This document shows, piece after piece, positions 19,436 through 33,095 of a stretch of DNA of 64,000 bases. The position numbers and the translations under genes are program-made. The notes below the pieces were generated by a model. The model was not told where the DNA came from. It searched no databases and worked only from the letters and a program-made list of their open reading frames with translations. The first letter of the stretch is position 1. Every line of letters begins with the position of its first letter. Source of the DNA: an uncultured Planctomycetaceae bacterium (GTDB taxonomy: Bacteria > Planctomycetota > Planctomycetia > Planctomycetales > Planctomycetaceae); the NCBI GenBank assembly GCA_963976765.1, contig CAXBME010000007.1:1-64000 (forward strand), given 5' to 3'.

Positions 19436-21820
19436 TCAAAAGCGAATCGGGAAGTCCCACGGAACGACACGCAGAGCAAACACAATGTGAGCGGCCATTA
19501 GAACGAACAACGCGATCGAAAACGGAATGTGAATGGCCAGCCAGTAATGGAGCCATGCCCGGATGCGAATCTGCTCGGTAAACTGACGATGCTCTTCGCA
19601 GAACGCCTGAAGGCTTTCGAGTGTGTTGTGAAGTTCAACCGGCAATGTGCCTCGCATCTGAGCAAACGCTCGTGATGCTTCTGTGATGTCTGCCAGCCTG
19701 CCTTTTTTACCGCTGCCAGCCAGAAACGGTCGGACGGTCGTCAGGTAGAAACTGCGAAGCTCTTCAGTGCGCAGAACCGGACGCTTGACGACAGTTTTCT
19801 TTTTGACAGGAGCCGGCGGTTTCTTTGCGGCAGGTTTCGCAACCGCAGGCTTCGCCGCACCGGCGCCGGCTTTGCCCTTCATCATGTCGAGAGGCGACTT
19901 CGGCTTATCCCCGCCTGCCGCTGGTTTTGCACCGCCGGCTTTGGCTTTCATCTGCTCAAGTGGCGAGAGAGCCTTTCCACTCGCTGCGGGTTTTCCGGCA
20001 GCAGCCTTCGCCTTCATTTGCTCAAGAGGTGACAACGGCTTCCCGCCAGCTGCCGCCTTGCCAGCGGCGGCTTTGGCTTTCATCTGTTCAAGCGGCGATA
20101 GCTTCTTATTGTCAGTTGGCTCGGGCGCGGGAGCTGCCGATGCAGGAGCCGTTTTTGCAACAGTGGCCTTTTCGGCTTTTTCAGCTGCAGTCTTCTCCGC
20201 TGAACCATCCACAAACGGGCGAACCTTTTCAGCGATCTCGGTCGCTTTGCTTTCCTCGTAACCGTATTTCTCGGTGAACAGTTTTTTGACGGCAGTGACG
20301 TCAGTTTCGGGATCGGCCTTGAGGAACTCACGAGTTTTCTCTGCCGCTGACCGAGCCAGCTTGTCGTCGAAGCCGTACTTCTCTACGAGAAGCTTCTGCA
20401 CGGCTGAGATTTCAGCGTCGACATTTTCAACGATTGCAGTAACCGGTTCTGGTTTCTGAGCTTTCTTTGGGGCGGGAGCCACCTGTTTGACGGGGGCTTT
20501 GGCTGCTGGAGTGGCGGGGGCCAAAGCGGCTTTCTTTGATCCACCACTGCCAATCGCGCCTTGCTGCCGAGCCATCTCCAACGGAGAGAGTTTCTTTGCA
20601 GGGGCGGTTGGAGTGTCGTCAGAAGTGGCTGCTCCTGCGCCGCCTGCCGCCCCCATTTTGCGGGCCATCTCCAACGGGGAAACCTTCACGCCACTGGCGG
20701 CTTTGCCACCAACTTTCGGACCAGCTTTTCGAGCCATTTCGAGAGGCGAGGCAGCCTTTGCTTTATCCTTACCGCCCTGTGCTCTGGCCATTTCCAGCGG
20801 AGACTTTGGTTTGGCTTCGCTTTCGCCTTCTGCCGCTGCAACTTTGGCCTTCATTTGTTCGAGCGGCGACATCGCTCGCTGAGCCTTCATCTGATCCAGC
20901 GGTGATGCGGCTTTCTTCGCCTGCATCTGTTCGAGTGGCGACGCGGCTTTCTTACCCTTCATCTGATCCAGCGGAGAACCACCGGCTTTAGCAGCAGGCT
21001 TGCTGGTCGACGATTTACCGTCGTCACTACCGGCCGCTTTGTCGGCACCAGCCGCTGCGGGAAGTTCATAAATCGCGACGATCTGATCCGGGAAGTTGCC
21101 GATCTTGTTGATCCAGCCTTCGTTCTTGGCATGCTTCGCCAGGTCCTGAAACAGCCCGATGTCGTCAGCCGCGATTTTCTCCAGCCACTTTTCTTTTTCC
21201 TCGCCAACGGCATCTTTGGCAGCTTTCCCTTTGGCCAGCTTTTCCTTTGCCATGATCTCGGCAGCAAAGGTTCCGAGCCGCGTCAGATCCTTCTGCATCG
21301 GGTCGTCGTCGAGTGGAATCTTGCCACAGTCCACGGAGACCATTTTGTCGGCGAGGATTCGATTACGTTTTCGGATATAAGGGATCTGGACAGCGAATGT
21401 TTCGCGACCGATCCGCGAGGTCAGCAGTTTCGGCATGAAATGCTGCATCGCCAGGCCAAAGAAACCGCTCAGCCAGACGATAAAGAAAAAGCCCATCAGG
21501 ATCTGTTCGAGCAGCCCGCCAAGACCAAATCCAGCGTGAAACAGAATGAGCGGAAAGCTGAGCGTGCCGAACCAGATGTGCCCTCGAAGCCAGAACTGAG
21601 CGCTGCCCAGTCGCCAGAAGGGAAACTGTTTGCGGCCTCCAAGAAGGCCAGCGTAGATCATCATGAGTGAGCCGACGACGCCATAGATCAGCCCCATGAG
21701 GCTGCCGCCGCTGGGGCCTTTGGGGGTCGACTCCGCATAGATCACGTAAGAAACCGTCGCCACAGCCATGATGGCCGCAGAGATCAATGCCCACGTGCGA
21801 TGTGTCCTGTCAAGCAGCAC
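19436..21820 (-). CDS. Membrane protein with intramembrane His residues and a large low-complexity repeat insert
   Basis: Four N-terminal TM helices (WLRGHIWFG, LFHAG), C-terminal WLAIHIP...AAHIV helix, Ala/Lys/Pro-rich middle with 12 SPL[DE]-M repeats. Confidence 0.8.
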   Translation of the reverse strand: MLLDRTHRTWALISAAIMAVATVSYVIYAESTPKGPSGGSLMGLIYGVVGSLMMIYAGLLGGRKQFPFWRLGSAQFWLRGHIWFGTLSFPLILFHAGFGLGGLLEQILMGFFFIVWLSGFFGLAMQHFMPKLLTSRIGRETFAVQIPYIRKRNRILADKMVSVDCGKIPLDDDPMQKDLTRLGTFAAEIMAKEKLAKGKAAKDAVGEEKEKWLEKIAADDIGLFQDLAKHAKNEGWINKIGNFPDQIVAIYELPAAAGADKAAGSDDGKSSTSKPAAKAGGSPLDQMKGKKAASPLEQMQAKKAASPLDQMKAQRAMSPLEQMKAKVAAAEGESEAKPKSPLEMARAQGGKDKAKAASPLEMARKAGPKVGGKAASGVKVSPLEMARKMGAAGGAGAATSDDTPTAPAKKLSPLEMARQQGAIGSGGSKKAALAPATPAAKAPVKQVAPAPKKAQKPEPVTAIVENVDAEISAVQKLLVEKYGFDDKLARSAAEKTREFLKADPETDVTAVKKLFTEKYGYEESKATEIAEKVRPFVDGSAEKTAAEKAEKATVAKTAPASAAPAPEPTDNKKLSPLEQMKAKAAAGKAAAGGKPLSPLEQMKAKAAAGKPAASGKALSPLEQMKAKAGGAKPAAGGDKPKSPLDMMKGKAGAGAAKPAVAKPAAKKPPAPVKKKTVVKRPVLRTEELRSFYLTTVRPFLAGSGKKGRLADITEASRAFAQMRGTLPVELHNTLESLQAFCEEHRQFTEQIRIRAWLHYWLAIHIPFSIALFVLMAAHIVFALRVVPWDFPIRF

Positions 21821-21887
21821 TGCGAAACCTCATGTCGCTCAGAGTTGGTCCAGCCTCAGCAATTGTCGCCGCCAAATGAAAATGAAA

Positions 21888-24119
21888 TCAGTGCGTGTGT
21901 TCGAAAAAGAATTCCAGCGAGTTTACTCGCATTGCCGCGTCGTGAGGGCAGGCGTAAACGCAGGAAGGAGCCTTGCTGGGCAGAGAACTGCACAGATCGC
22001 AAACAACGGCCCGCTCATTAACCGTTTTGATATCTTCTCCGCCGAGTAGAGCCTGCTGACTGGCGGTGAGTTCAAGGCCACCCTCGAGCGCGTTCATCTG
22101 AATCGACCCGTACGGACACTGGTCAGCGCACAGGCTGCAACCGATGCACCAGTCACGAATTTCGATCTCGCCATTATCACCGCGATTGATCGAACCAACC
22201 GGGCATCCGATCATGCAGACAGGGTCCATGCACGAGCGGCATGACAGCGGCACGAGGTATTTTTCGAATCTTGGCCCGTCGAGGTAAAGCCGAGTTCGAC
22301 CGTCATCGTGGGCCGCGACGCAGGCATCGACACACTGGCCGCATCGCGTGCAACGATCCAGGTCGATCAGCATCAGCTTCTGACCCTGAATCAGACCGAG
22401 CTGCTCGAACTCCGGAGACTGAGACCGGACTTCAACTCGGTCGTTAATCGTGTCGCGGATAATCTTCGCTTGTCGCTGATAGTCGGCGACGATCCCGTCG
22501 ACTTTTTTCTTCAACGCGGCCGACCGGCTCGTCAGCAGCAGGAAGTCTTCCCGCGACATTTTGACCAGTTCGACGCGCGACGGGATGGCTCCGGTTCGCG
22601 AGTCAGGCAGTCGCTGGTTAGCCCCTCCGTCCGGGTGGTCGTAGGCAAAGATTGTGGCGCTTCGTAATTCCTGAGTAACGACTCCGAGTTCGCCGAAGCC
22701 TTCGCCTCGCCCCATGTATCGGAGCGTTTTTCGAGATCCCGACGACGCTGCGCGAGCTGGAATTCCCTGCGGATAAAGAAACTCGATGAGCGACCGATGA
22801 AACGTTCGCGTTTCAAGTTCTGACCACTTGGCTGTGTCGGTCGGGAAATGTTCGCAGTCGACGGCAACCTGAGGACTGTCGACGGCGACGCAGGTTTCTT
22901 CCGTTGTTTTCCCCAGAGCGGTGTGAAGGTTTCCGGTTCGAACGATCTCGTTCAATGCGTCGACTAATGCCTTCTGCATGTCCGCGCCGGGAGCATTTTT
23001 TGCGGCATCTCTGGCAGCCGCCTGGACATCGTCGGGCAGCCGTCCCCAGATTTGCGCACCAAGCATTTCCTTTTCGCTGTCAGCGAGAGACTGCCAGATA
23101 TTCTTCCAGTGATCCGGCTTGAATTCTTCGACTCTGAACAGCGTCCAGGCGTTCTTGACGATCTTCACCAGCCCGCTGCGGACGACATAGAACGAGTCGG
23201 AAGTCTCGAATTCCTCGAAGACGACCGATCCTGCTTCAAACTCGACCAGCTCAATACGGTCCTTGACTTCGGCAAAATGCTTATCTTCCAGACCTTCGAA
23301 AATCGGGAGGCGACGGACGTGTCCATCGAGTACGCGTGCCCGGTAAATTTCATCCAGTTTCTTTTTGTAGGTCGGGTCGCTGTGCAGCATGTCCAGCACG
23401 TTACGCAGCATTTCCAGCATGTAGCAGTCTTCCTCGGCCACAACCGTTGCCGAACGAGGAGCACGATTCATGCAGCTCATTTCGCCGAAAAGCTCACTCT
23501 CGTGCAGCGGAGCTTTCTTGGTCGACACATCGATATCCGCGGGACCGTCGATTGGAATGGACTTCGGATCTTTTCTCCGCGACTTCGACGCCCCGGAAAA
23601 CATCTGTCCCAGGCGGTGCAGCAGTCCTGGTCTGAATCCAGAATCCTGGCTAAGCAGCAGGTGAGCTGTCGCGACGTGTCGTTCATTCGGAGGGGTCGTC
23701 GTTTGTGAAAGTTTCTGCTTGAGTTCCGCAACTTCCTGCTGATGCTGCTTCAATGTCTGCTTCAGCTCAGCCACAGACTCGACCGCGTAGTACATGTGCG
23801 GGCCGTTGCCGGTTTTCGCTTCTTTGTCCTTGATCGCTGCTTCCAGAGACTTGATCTGGTTCTCACGAAGCTCGATGACGTCTTCCGTCGAGAGGATCGA
23901 AAACGCGGTCGCGCCAGCGTCGCCCTGGCGAACGAGTGCCCGGCCTTTGTGGCACTTCCTGAGCACCGTGGTGCCAGGAAATCTCTGAAATGAGGGAGTC
24001 TTTTTGACCTCTTCGAAGATCGACAACTCAGCCAGTTCATCGGCGATGAGCAGCTCGTCTTCCGGTTGCAGGGGATCAGTGACCTCGGCGAGTTCCGCCG
24101 GCAGCATTGCTAAAGCCAT
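21888..24119 (-). CDS. Cyclic-nucleotide-binding / 4x[4Fe-4S] ferredoxin fusion
   Basis: FGEMSC..RSATV and FGELG..RSAT cNMP cassettes; CTRCGQCVDAC, CRSCMDPVCMIGCP, CIGCSLCADQCP and CDLC...CVYACP (DmsB/NrfC-type). Confidence 0.88.
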   Translation of the reverse strand: MALAMLPAELAEVTDPLQPEDELLIADELAELSIFEEVKKTPSFQRFPGTTVLRKCHKGRALVRQGDAGATAFSILSTEDVIELRENQIKSLEAAIKDKEAKTGNGPHMYYAVESVAELKQTLKQHQQEVAELKQKLSQTTTPPNERHVATAHLLLSQDSGFRPGLLHRLGQMFSGASKSRRKDPKSIPIDGPADIDVSTKKAPLHESELFGEMSCMNRAPRSATVVAEEDCYMLEMLRNVLDMLHSDPTYKKKLDEIYRARVLDGHVRRLPIFEGLEDKHFAEVKDRIELVEFEAGSVVFEEFETSDSFYVVRSGLVKIVKNAWTLFRVEEFKPDHWKNIWQSLADSEKEMLGAQIWGRLPDDVQAAARDAAKNAPGADMQKALVDALNEIVRTGNLHTALGKTTEETCVAVDSPQVAVDCEHFPTDTAKWSELETRTFHRSLIEFLYPQGIPARAASSGSRKTLRYMGRGEGFGELGVVTQELRSATIFAYDHPDGGANQRLPDSRTGAIPSRVELVKMSREDFLLLTSRSAALKKKVDGIVADYQRQAKIIRDTINDRVEVRSQSPEFEQLGLIQGQKLMLIDLDRCTRCGQCVDACVAAHDDGRTRLYLDGPRFEKYLVPLSCRSCMDPVCMIGCPVGSINRGDNGEIEIRDWCIGCSLCADQCPYGSIQMNALEGGLELTASQQALLGGEDIKTVNERAVVCDLCSSLPSKAPSCVYACPHDAAMRVNSLEFFFEHTH

Positions 24120-24581
24120 ATCGCGTCCCTTGCTCTCCTCTCTCGGCGGTCAATCTGCGGTACCACCTGACGTCAGCATCTTTTCAATGATCCGGCGAAT
24201 CCATTTCCGAATCAAACAGGGGCACGAGTGCGTCAACGTAGCGTCTATGTTCAAAACTGACAAGAAGATCTCTCACGTCGAATGTGCCTGACCAGGCAAC
24301 AATGGGTGATTCCGCCCAATGTGGCGATCACGCAGCCTGTCGCGAACAAACCGTCTCACGACTTGCCCGGCAAAGACGTGTGATTTGATTTCGTTGATTC
24401 CGTTTGGAATCACGCCGTCCTGGCTGCTCAGCGGTTTACTGAGCCGTGCTGGCTTCAGTACGCTCCGCACCTCGGCCAACGGTCGACCATCCTGGCGATC
24501 GGTCGAGTCTGACTACCGCCATCGAAAACTCATTTTCGCCCGCACGTCGTTTCGCAACAGCGTCAAGCGAGGAGAATTGCC

Positions 24582-25274
24582 ATGCCGTTTAACGTTTCAT
24601 TTGTCGTCATGATCGTCTGCGTGTTGAGCCTGGGACTCGTCGGCTGCTCCGATAAACCTGCACCACCCAGCGACGGCTCTTCAACAACCGGTCCGGGTGA
24701 AGCAGGCTCGACGCAGGCTCCCGTCATGCCGCCCGTCGGTGTTGGTGATGAAGTCGCTCCGGCAGGGAACTCCGAACCGCCACTCTCGGACGTGACCAGC
24801 GCCGTCGATTCACTTCCTTCTGCCGACGCTGCCAACATCACCCTGCGAGCCGTGACTCCCAAAGAGTTCAACGCAATCGTCGCCCAGCACGCTGGCAAAG
24901 TTGTTTTCGTCGACTTCTGGGCAACCTGGTGCTTGCCCTGCCGCAAAGCATTCCCGCATACCGTCGCCCAGGCAGCGAAGCATCCGGACGATCTGGTCGT
25001 AATCTCGATGAGCTTCGACGATCCCGATGCCCACGAGGACGCACTCGCCTTTCTGAAAGAGCAGAACGCCACGTTCGAAAATCTTTCGTGCTCGCTTGGC
25101 GGCGGAGATGAATCGTTCGACGCCTACGACATCGGCGACGCTGGCCTGCCCTACTTCCGCCTTTACAACCGAAAAGGTGAACTGGTCCAGGTGTTCAAAA
25201 ACGACATCGATGCTGGCAAAGGCGTCGACGAAGCCGAAGTCCATCAGGCCATCGAAGCCCTGCTCGCTCAATAA
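24582..25274 (+). CDS. TlpA/ResA-like thiol-disulfide oxidoreductase lipoprotein
   Basis: Lipobox LVGC; VDFWATWCLPC motif. Confidence 0.88.
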   Translation: MPFNVSFVVMIVCVLSLGLVGCSDKPAPPSDGSSTTGPGEAGSTQAPVMPPVGVGDEVAPAGNSEPPLSDVTSAVDSLPSADAANITLRAVTPKEFNAIVAQHAGKVVFVDFWATWCLPCRKAFPHTVAQAAKHPDDLVVISMSFDDPDAHEDALAFLKEQNATFENLSCSLGGGDESFDAYDIGDAGLPYFRLYNRKGELVQVFKNDIDAGKGVDEAEVHQAIEALLAQ

Positions 25275-25339
25275 CTGCTCGCTTGGAAACTGACGACCAG
25301 AATTCTTCCCGCGCCAGTGAATCGCAAGTCGCAACGTCC

Positions 25340-27085
25340 TCAAATTCCGACTTCCAGTTTGCGGTGAGGGTCGACGGTGGTTCTGAGAAATCCCTCTGGC
25401 AGTGGCGAAAACAGGTCCGTTTTCTCGTCACCCAGCTTCAGCCGCAGAAACGCTTCCAGCTTGCGCTGCTGACCGCTGAGCCTCGGAATCGTCAACAGAG
25501 TCTGATAGGCCGACTTGACGTCGGCAGGAAACTGAGATGCCTCGCTCGGTGTGACGGGCCGAATCAGTTTCTGTGTCGGAATTGCCAGATGACAGAAGAA
25601 ACCGAGCATTGAACTCAGCAGCAAGGTGGCGAGAACTGTCTGGTGTGCGCTCGTCACTCGATGCAGAAACCTTCTCAGCGACGAAACGACGACCAGTGCG
25701 AGGCTGTAAACAATAAGGAGCGGAAGTGTCACCGCCTCGTGTCGATTCGCCAGCCAGGCAATTGCTAATCCGCCAGCAATTAATCCGGTCATTTGGAAAT
25801 CTGCGTTCTTGCCGGCTCGCAGAAACGCACCTGCAGTTGCCAGTGAAACGGCAAGAAGCAGCCAGCGATCCGTCAACCAGAACTGTAGAATCTGCACCTG
25901 GCCAGACAGCAGCGCCGACCACTCAAGGTACTCCATCGGGCCCTGGACAAGGAGCAGCCACGACCAGACGACGCTTCCAGATCCCACAATCACAGGCACA
26001 GCTTGGACTGACCGGCGCGGCGACTTTCGACAAATAAAACCCGCACGACACAAAGCGGCGATGACCGGAATGCCTGCCAGCGTCAGCCCGCGCATCCCGA
26101 AAGACAACGACGCCATCCACCAGTAATACCAGCAGCCCTGGATGTAAGAGTTGATAGCGATCGCGACGACTCCCAGCCCCCAGACAGATGCCTCCCGGAC
26201 ATGCCCGCGGTGCATTTCCCACACACACAATCCTGCAAGAGCGACGAATCCAACACCCATCAATGGGTGAGTTGGGAGCAGCCCTTTGAACGTGTCGAAC
26301 AGGACGTGCCAGAGGTAAGGACAGGAAGGATCGAGGCTCTTGAAACCGGCTCCGGAGAACGAGTATGGGGATACGGTCCAGTCGCCCGTCATCCAGTGAT
26401 GAACAATGCCGACCTGAATTACCGCGAGAATTAACGGGGCGGCAATCGCGGCGGTCGTCAGGCATAATGAACGTGTTCCGCGTTGACCGGCAATGACGAA
26501 CGCGGGGATCAGCACGGGCCACGCATACACGCCCGAATAAGGGCGGAGCATCACGAGGATCGAAGTCATCACCCCAATGAGAAGCAGGTTGACCTGCTGG
26601 CCGCGCATCAGAATGACGGTCTGACGAAACAGCACGCCTGCCGGAAGAAGACTGTAAGTTTCCGACGAGACCGCACAGCAGTAATACCCCAGCGGCGTCG
26701 CGACCAACGCGACCAGGCAGCCGGTGACCGCCGTTGCCTCATCGGACAAATCTTTCAGGCCCGAAAAAAAGTTGATCCAGAAGACGACGACGCAGACGAT
26801 GCCCACGACCAGCCCGGCTTCGCTCTCGACTTCCGCGAAACGGGAAACCCACACTATCGGTGCTGCCATTAATCCCGGTCCTGCAGACCATCGACAGAAT
26901 GGGATCTTCAGGCCGTCCGAGACTGGATTGCCAAGCCAGCTGATGTCTCCATCACACGCCGCCGACGCCCAGAAAAAGTAACCTTCATGGTCCGGTCCTT
27001 TGAATCCAGTCATGCAGCACATGGCGACGAGAATCGCCAGCAAGGCGATTGGGCCAGGCAAAACGAACTTTCTGAGGTCTGGCAT
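25340..27085 (-). CDS. Polytopic membrane protein, possible GT-C fold glycosyltransferase
   Basis: More than 12 hydrophobic segments; D..GYF...S...DGD first loop, VLFDTFKGLL...P and SFGMRGL motifs. Confidence 0.55.
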   Translation of the reverse strand: MPDLRKFVLPGPIALLAILVAMCCMTGFKGPDHEGYFFWASAACDGDISWLGNPVSDGLKIPFCRWSAGPGLMAAPIVWVSRFAEVESEAGLVVGIVCVVVFWINFFSGLKDLSDEATAVTGCLVALVATPLGYYCCAVSSETYSLLPAGVLFRQTVILMRGQQVNLLLIGVMTSILVMLRPYSGVYAWPVLIPAFVIAGQRGTRSLCLTTAAIAAPLILAVIQVGIVHHWMTGDWTVSPYSFSGAGFKSLDPSCPYLWHVLFDTFKGLLPTHPLMGVGFVALAGLCVWEMHRGHVREASVWGLGVVAIAINSYIQGCWYYWWMASLSFGMRGLTLAGIPVIAALCRAGFICRKSPRRSVQAVPVIVGSGSVVWSWLLLVQGPMEYLEWSALLSGQVQILQFWLTDRWLLLAVSLATAGAFLRAGKNADFQMTGLIAGGLAIAWLANRHEAVTLPLLIVYSLALVVVSSLRRFLHRVTSAHQTVLATLLLSSMLGFFCHLAIPTQKLIRPVTPSEASQFPADVKSAYQTLLTIPRLSGQQRKLEAFLRLKLGDEKTDLFSPLPEGFLRTTVDPHRKLEVGI

Positions 27086-27171
27086 GCAGGATTCAGTTCA
27101 GGGGCAAACAGTTTTCGTTGGAAGCCAGCCTTAATCCGAGACGACTGATGGAGACACTCTCTTGTGCAATC

Positions 27172-29106
27172 CTAAGGACGTTCAGATTCCGGCCCCGCAG
27201 ATCGCAGATCCCCATCGCGGATGGTGACTCCAATGGCGTCGAAGTATTCACACAATGGGACGGAGTATTTTCGGGTGACTTCCCAGGCGTCGCGGAGCTC
27301 GGCCATCGTAGCAGGGCCGTGGTCTTTGATCTGCTTGAGGCATCGCTGGCGGGCTTCATCGAGAGCTTCGGGGGTGTAGTAGAAACCGTCGCCGACTCGG
27401 ACCAGCATGGCGTCTTCAACCCACAGGTTCAGCAACTGCTCGACATCGGAGAACTTCAGATCGAGTGATTTTGCCAGGTCCCTGGACATCGGCGGAGTCA
27501 GCATGCCGGCGGTGATCTGGCTGAGAATTTCGTCTCGATTCTTCCGTTGCTGCTTCGTTAGTTGAACCTGCAAGTCTGCTGGTCCAAGGTTTGATCCCAG
27601 TTCAACCAGCTCTTTCTTTTTCACAAGATGTTCGAGGATAGATTCGAGCAGGTTTGCCGACGTGATCGCTCGGCAGGCCGTGAGCAGTGTCGGCTTTGGC
27701 AACGAGCGTCTGGGCTGATGTCGGATAATTTCTTCGCGAACCGTTCGCAGAACCGAACCAGCCAGAGATTCCAGACGATCGGCGTGAATCTCGATTGAGC
27801 GTTCTCCGCGGCCCAGTTGCAGCAGTTGACCGTTCTCGCGAAGTGCCAACAGAAGTTGTTGCAGTTCGTCCGGCATGACTCCGATCGAACTGGCCAGTGT
27901 CAGGTCTGAAGACGAAACCGAATCCCGCTGCCGAAGTCTTGCTGCCAGACGCTCGGCAGGAACCGGACTGGCAAGCTGTTCAGACACCGCCTGGACGTCG
28001 CGGATTCGGTGCAGGTCAGGAATGTGTGGATCGAGAATTGTGCCGCCGCCCAGCGTGATCGCCGGAGAAATCCGCCTGAGAATAAAACGCTGCCCCCATG
28101 TCGCGACGATTGGTTCGGCCAGACGAAGCTCAGCATAACCGTGTTCGCCGGGTTCCAGCCTGCGCCCTTTGAGGATGACTCGGCAGGGAATCTCTCGCGT
28201 GCCGGTGTGAAGGCCGACTTCGATCCGATTCTTCAGGCCGATCGGCGAATTGTCGAGCAGCTTCAGATCGACCAGCAGACGTTTCGTCGGTTTGAGATAA
28301 TCTGGCGTGGCAAGTTCGAAACCGCGGGAAACCTCGTCGTGTTTCAGGCTGGCCAGGTTGATCGCCGTGCGTTGTCGACTGCCCGCTGCGTCAGCCTGCT
28401 CACCATGACGCTGAACGCTGCGGACTCGAACGACTCGACCTTCCGGCCAGAGTTCCAGTGAGTCTCCCACGTGAACATCGCCACTGAGCACCGAACCGGT
28501 CACCACAGTGCCGTGGCCGGAGATCGAGAAGACCCGGTCGATGGCCATACGAAACAGCGGCAACGTTTCCGGCAACTGAATGTTGCTGCAAATTTCGAGC
28601 AGCGTCTCGCGCAGCTTTTCGATGCCCTCGCCGGTCTCCGACGAGACGGGCACGATCGGGCAGCCTTCGAGAAATGTTCCGGCCAGGTTGTCTTCGATGT
28701 CGCAGCGAGCCAGTTCGACCATGTCCTCGTCGACGAGGTCGATCTTCGTCAGCGCGACCAGCCCGACCTGAATTCCGAGCAGATTCATAATGTCAAGATG
28801 CTCGCGCGTCTGCGGCATGACGGCGTCGTCAGCCGCGACCACCAGCATCGCCACGTTGATCCCCGTCGCGCCGGCGACCATGTTCCTGACGAAACGTTCG
28901 TGGCCGGGCACGTCGACAATGCCGATCTGAAGATCGCCCGTCCGGAAATGTGCAAAGCCGAGGTCGATCGAGATCCCGCGAGCCTGCTCTTCCGGCAGAC
29001 GGTCGGTGTTGATGCCCGACAGTTTCCCAACCAGTCGGGTCTTACCGTGATCGATGTGCCCGGCCGTGCCCACGATGATTGATTTTTGAGCGGTGAGAAT
29101 CGTCAT
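27172..29106 (-). CDS. selB: Selenocysteine-specific elongation factor
   Basis: [33 protein letters not shown]-terminal winged helix with [13 protein letters not shown]. Confidence 0.95.
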   Translation of the reverse strand: MTILTAQKSIIVGTAGHIDHGKTRLVGKLSGINTDRLPEEQARGISIDLGFAHFRTGDLQIGIVDVPGHERFVRNMVAGATGINVAMLVVAADDAVMPQTREHLDIMNLLGIQVGLVALTKIDLVDEDMVELARCDIEDNLAGTFLEGCPIVPVSSETGEGIEKLRETLLEICSNIQLPETLPLFRMAIDRVFSISGHGTVVTGSVLSGDVHVGDSLELWPEGRVVRVRSVQRHGEQADAAGSRQRTAINLASLKHDEVSRGFELATPDYLKPTKRLLVDLKLLDNSPIGLKNRIEVGLHTGTREIPCRVILKGRRLEPGEHGYAELRLAEPIVATWGQRFILRRISPAITLGGGTILDPHIPDLHRIRDVQAVSEQLASPVPAERLAARLRQRDSVSSSDLTLASSIGVMPDELQQLLLALRENGQLLQLGRGERSIEIHADRLESLAGSVLRTVREEIIRHQPRRSLPKPTLLTACRAITSANLLESILEHLVKKKELVELGSNLGPADLQVQLTKQQRKNRDEILSQITAGMLTPPMSRDLAKSLDLKFSDVEQLLNLWVEDAMLVRVGDGFYYTPEALDEARQRCLKQIKDHGPATMAELRDAWEVTRKYSVPLCEYFDAIGVTIRDGDLRSAGPESERP

Positions 29107-29121
29107 GAAGTGACCGGATTC

Positions 29122-29178
29122 GTAGAGTGGGCACCGCCCACCAATCGATGACTATTCTGGCGGGCAGTGCCCACCCTG
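29122..29178. repeat. GTAG-type REP doublet
   Basis: gtagagtgggcaccgcccacc ... ggcgggcagtgcccaccctg. Confidence 0.7.
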
Positions 29179-29203
29179 TGTTTTCGTAGATGCCGTCGGC
29201 AGA

Positions 29204-32617
<3,414 letters not shown>

Positions 32618-33095
32618 AAGACCGATTCCAGTCAGCCAGAGTGGACAGGTCCGGCTATGTTACGCGTGTCGCTCCAGGTTTTCAGTGGAGAACCCGGAAA
32701 AGACTGCCAGAGATTGGTCTGGCTGGGGATGCGTCGCTCAGGCGTCCCTGATCATGATCGTTCTGTCAGCGTCTTATGAGTGTTGCCCGGCTGCTTGCAT
32801 CCCCGAAAGGCGAGTGGCAGAATGCATAACCCTCGAAATCTACGGGCTCCGGCATGATTAAGAGGTTGTCTGGTTGCGACTCCACAAAGCTGGAAAGGTT
32901 TTGTGCTGACGAGTGCACTGGCTCTTCTGTTTGTTCGACAGGGCGGTTGAACATCAGTCTGATAAAAGTCTCTGAGATCATTACAGACTGTTGGCTCGAA
33001 TCGGGCCGCTTTTCGCATGGTGGCAACGATTCAGTACTGGCGTCTGCAATCACAATCCGTTCACTTCAATAGCGAACTCTCGCGAAGGTACATCG

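Noticed and set aside
32618..33095. tRNA-Sec or a riboswitch (ccgaaagg tetraloop) in the divergent gap
   Set aside because: No cloverleaf or recognisable aptamer consensus; only a short GNRA hairpin
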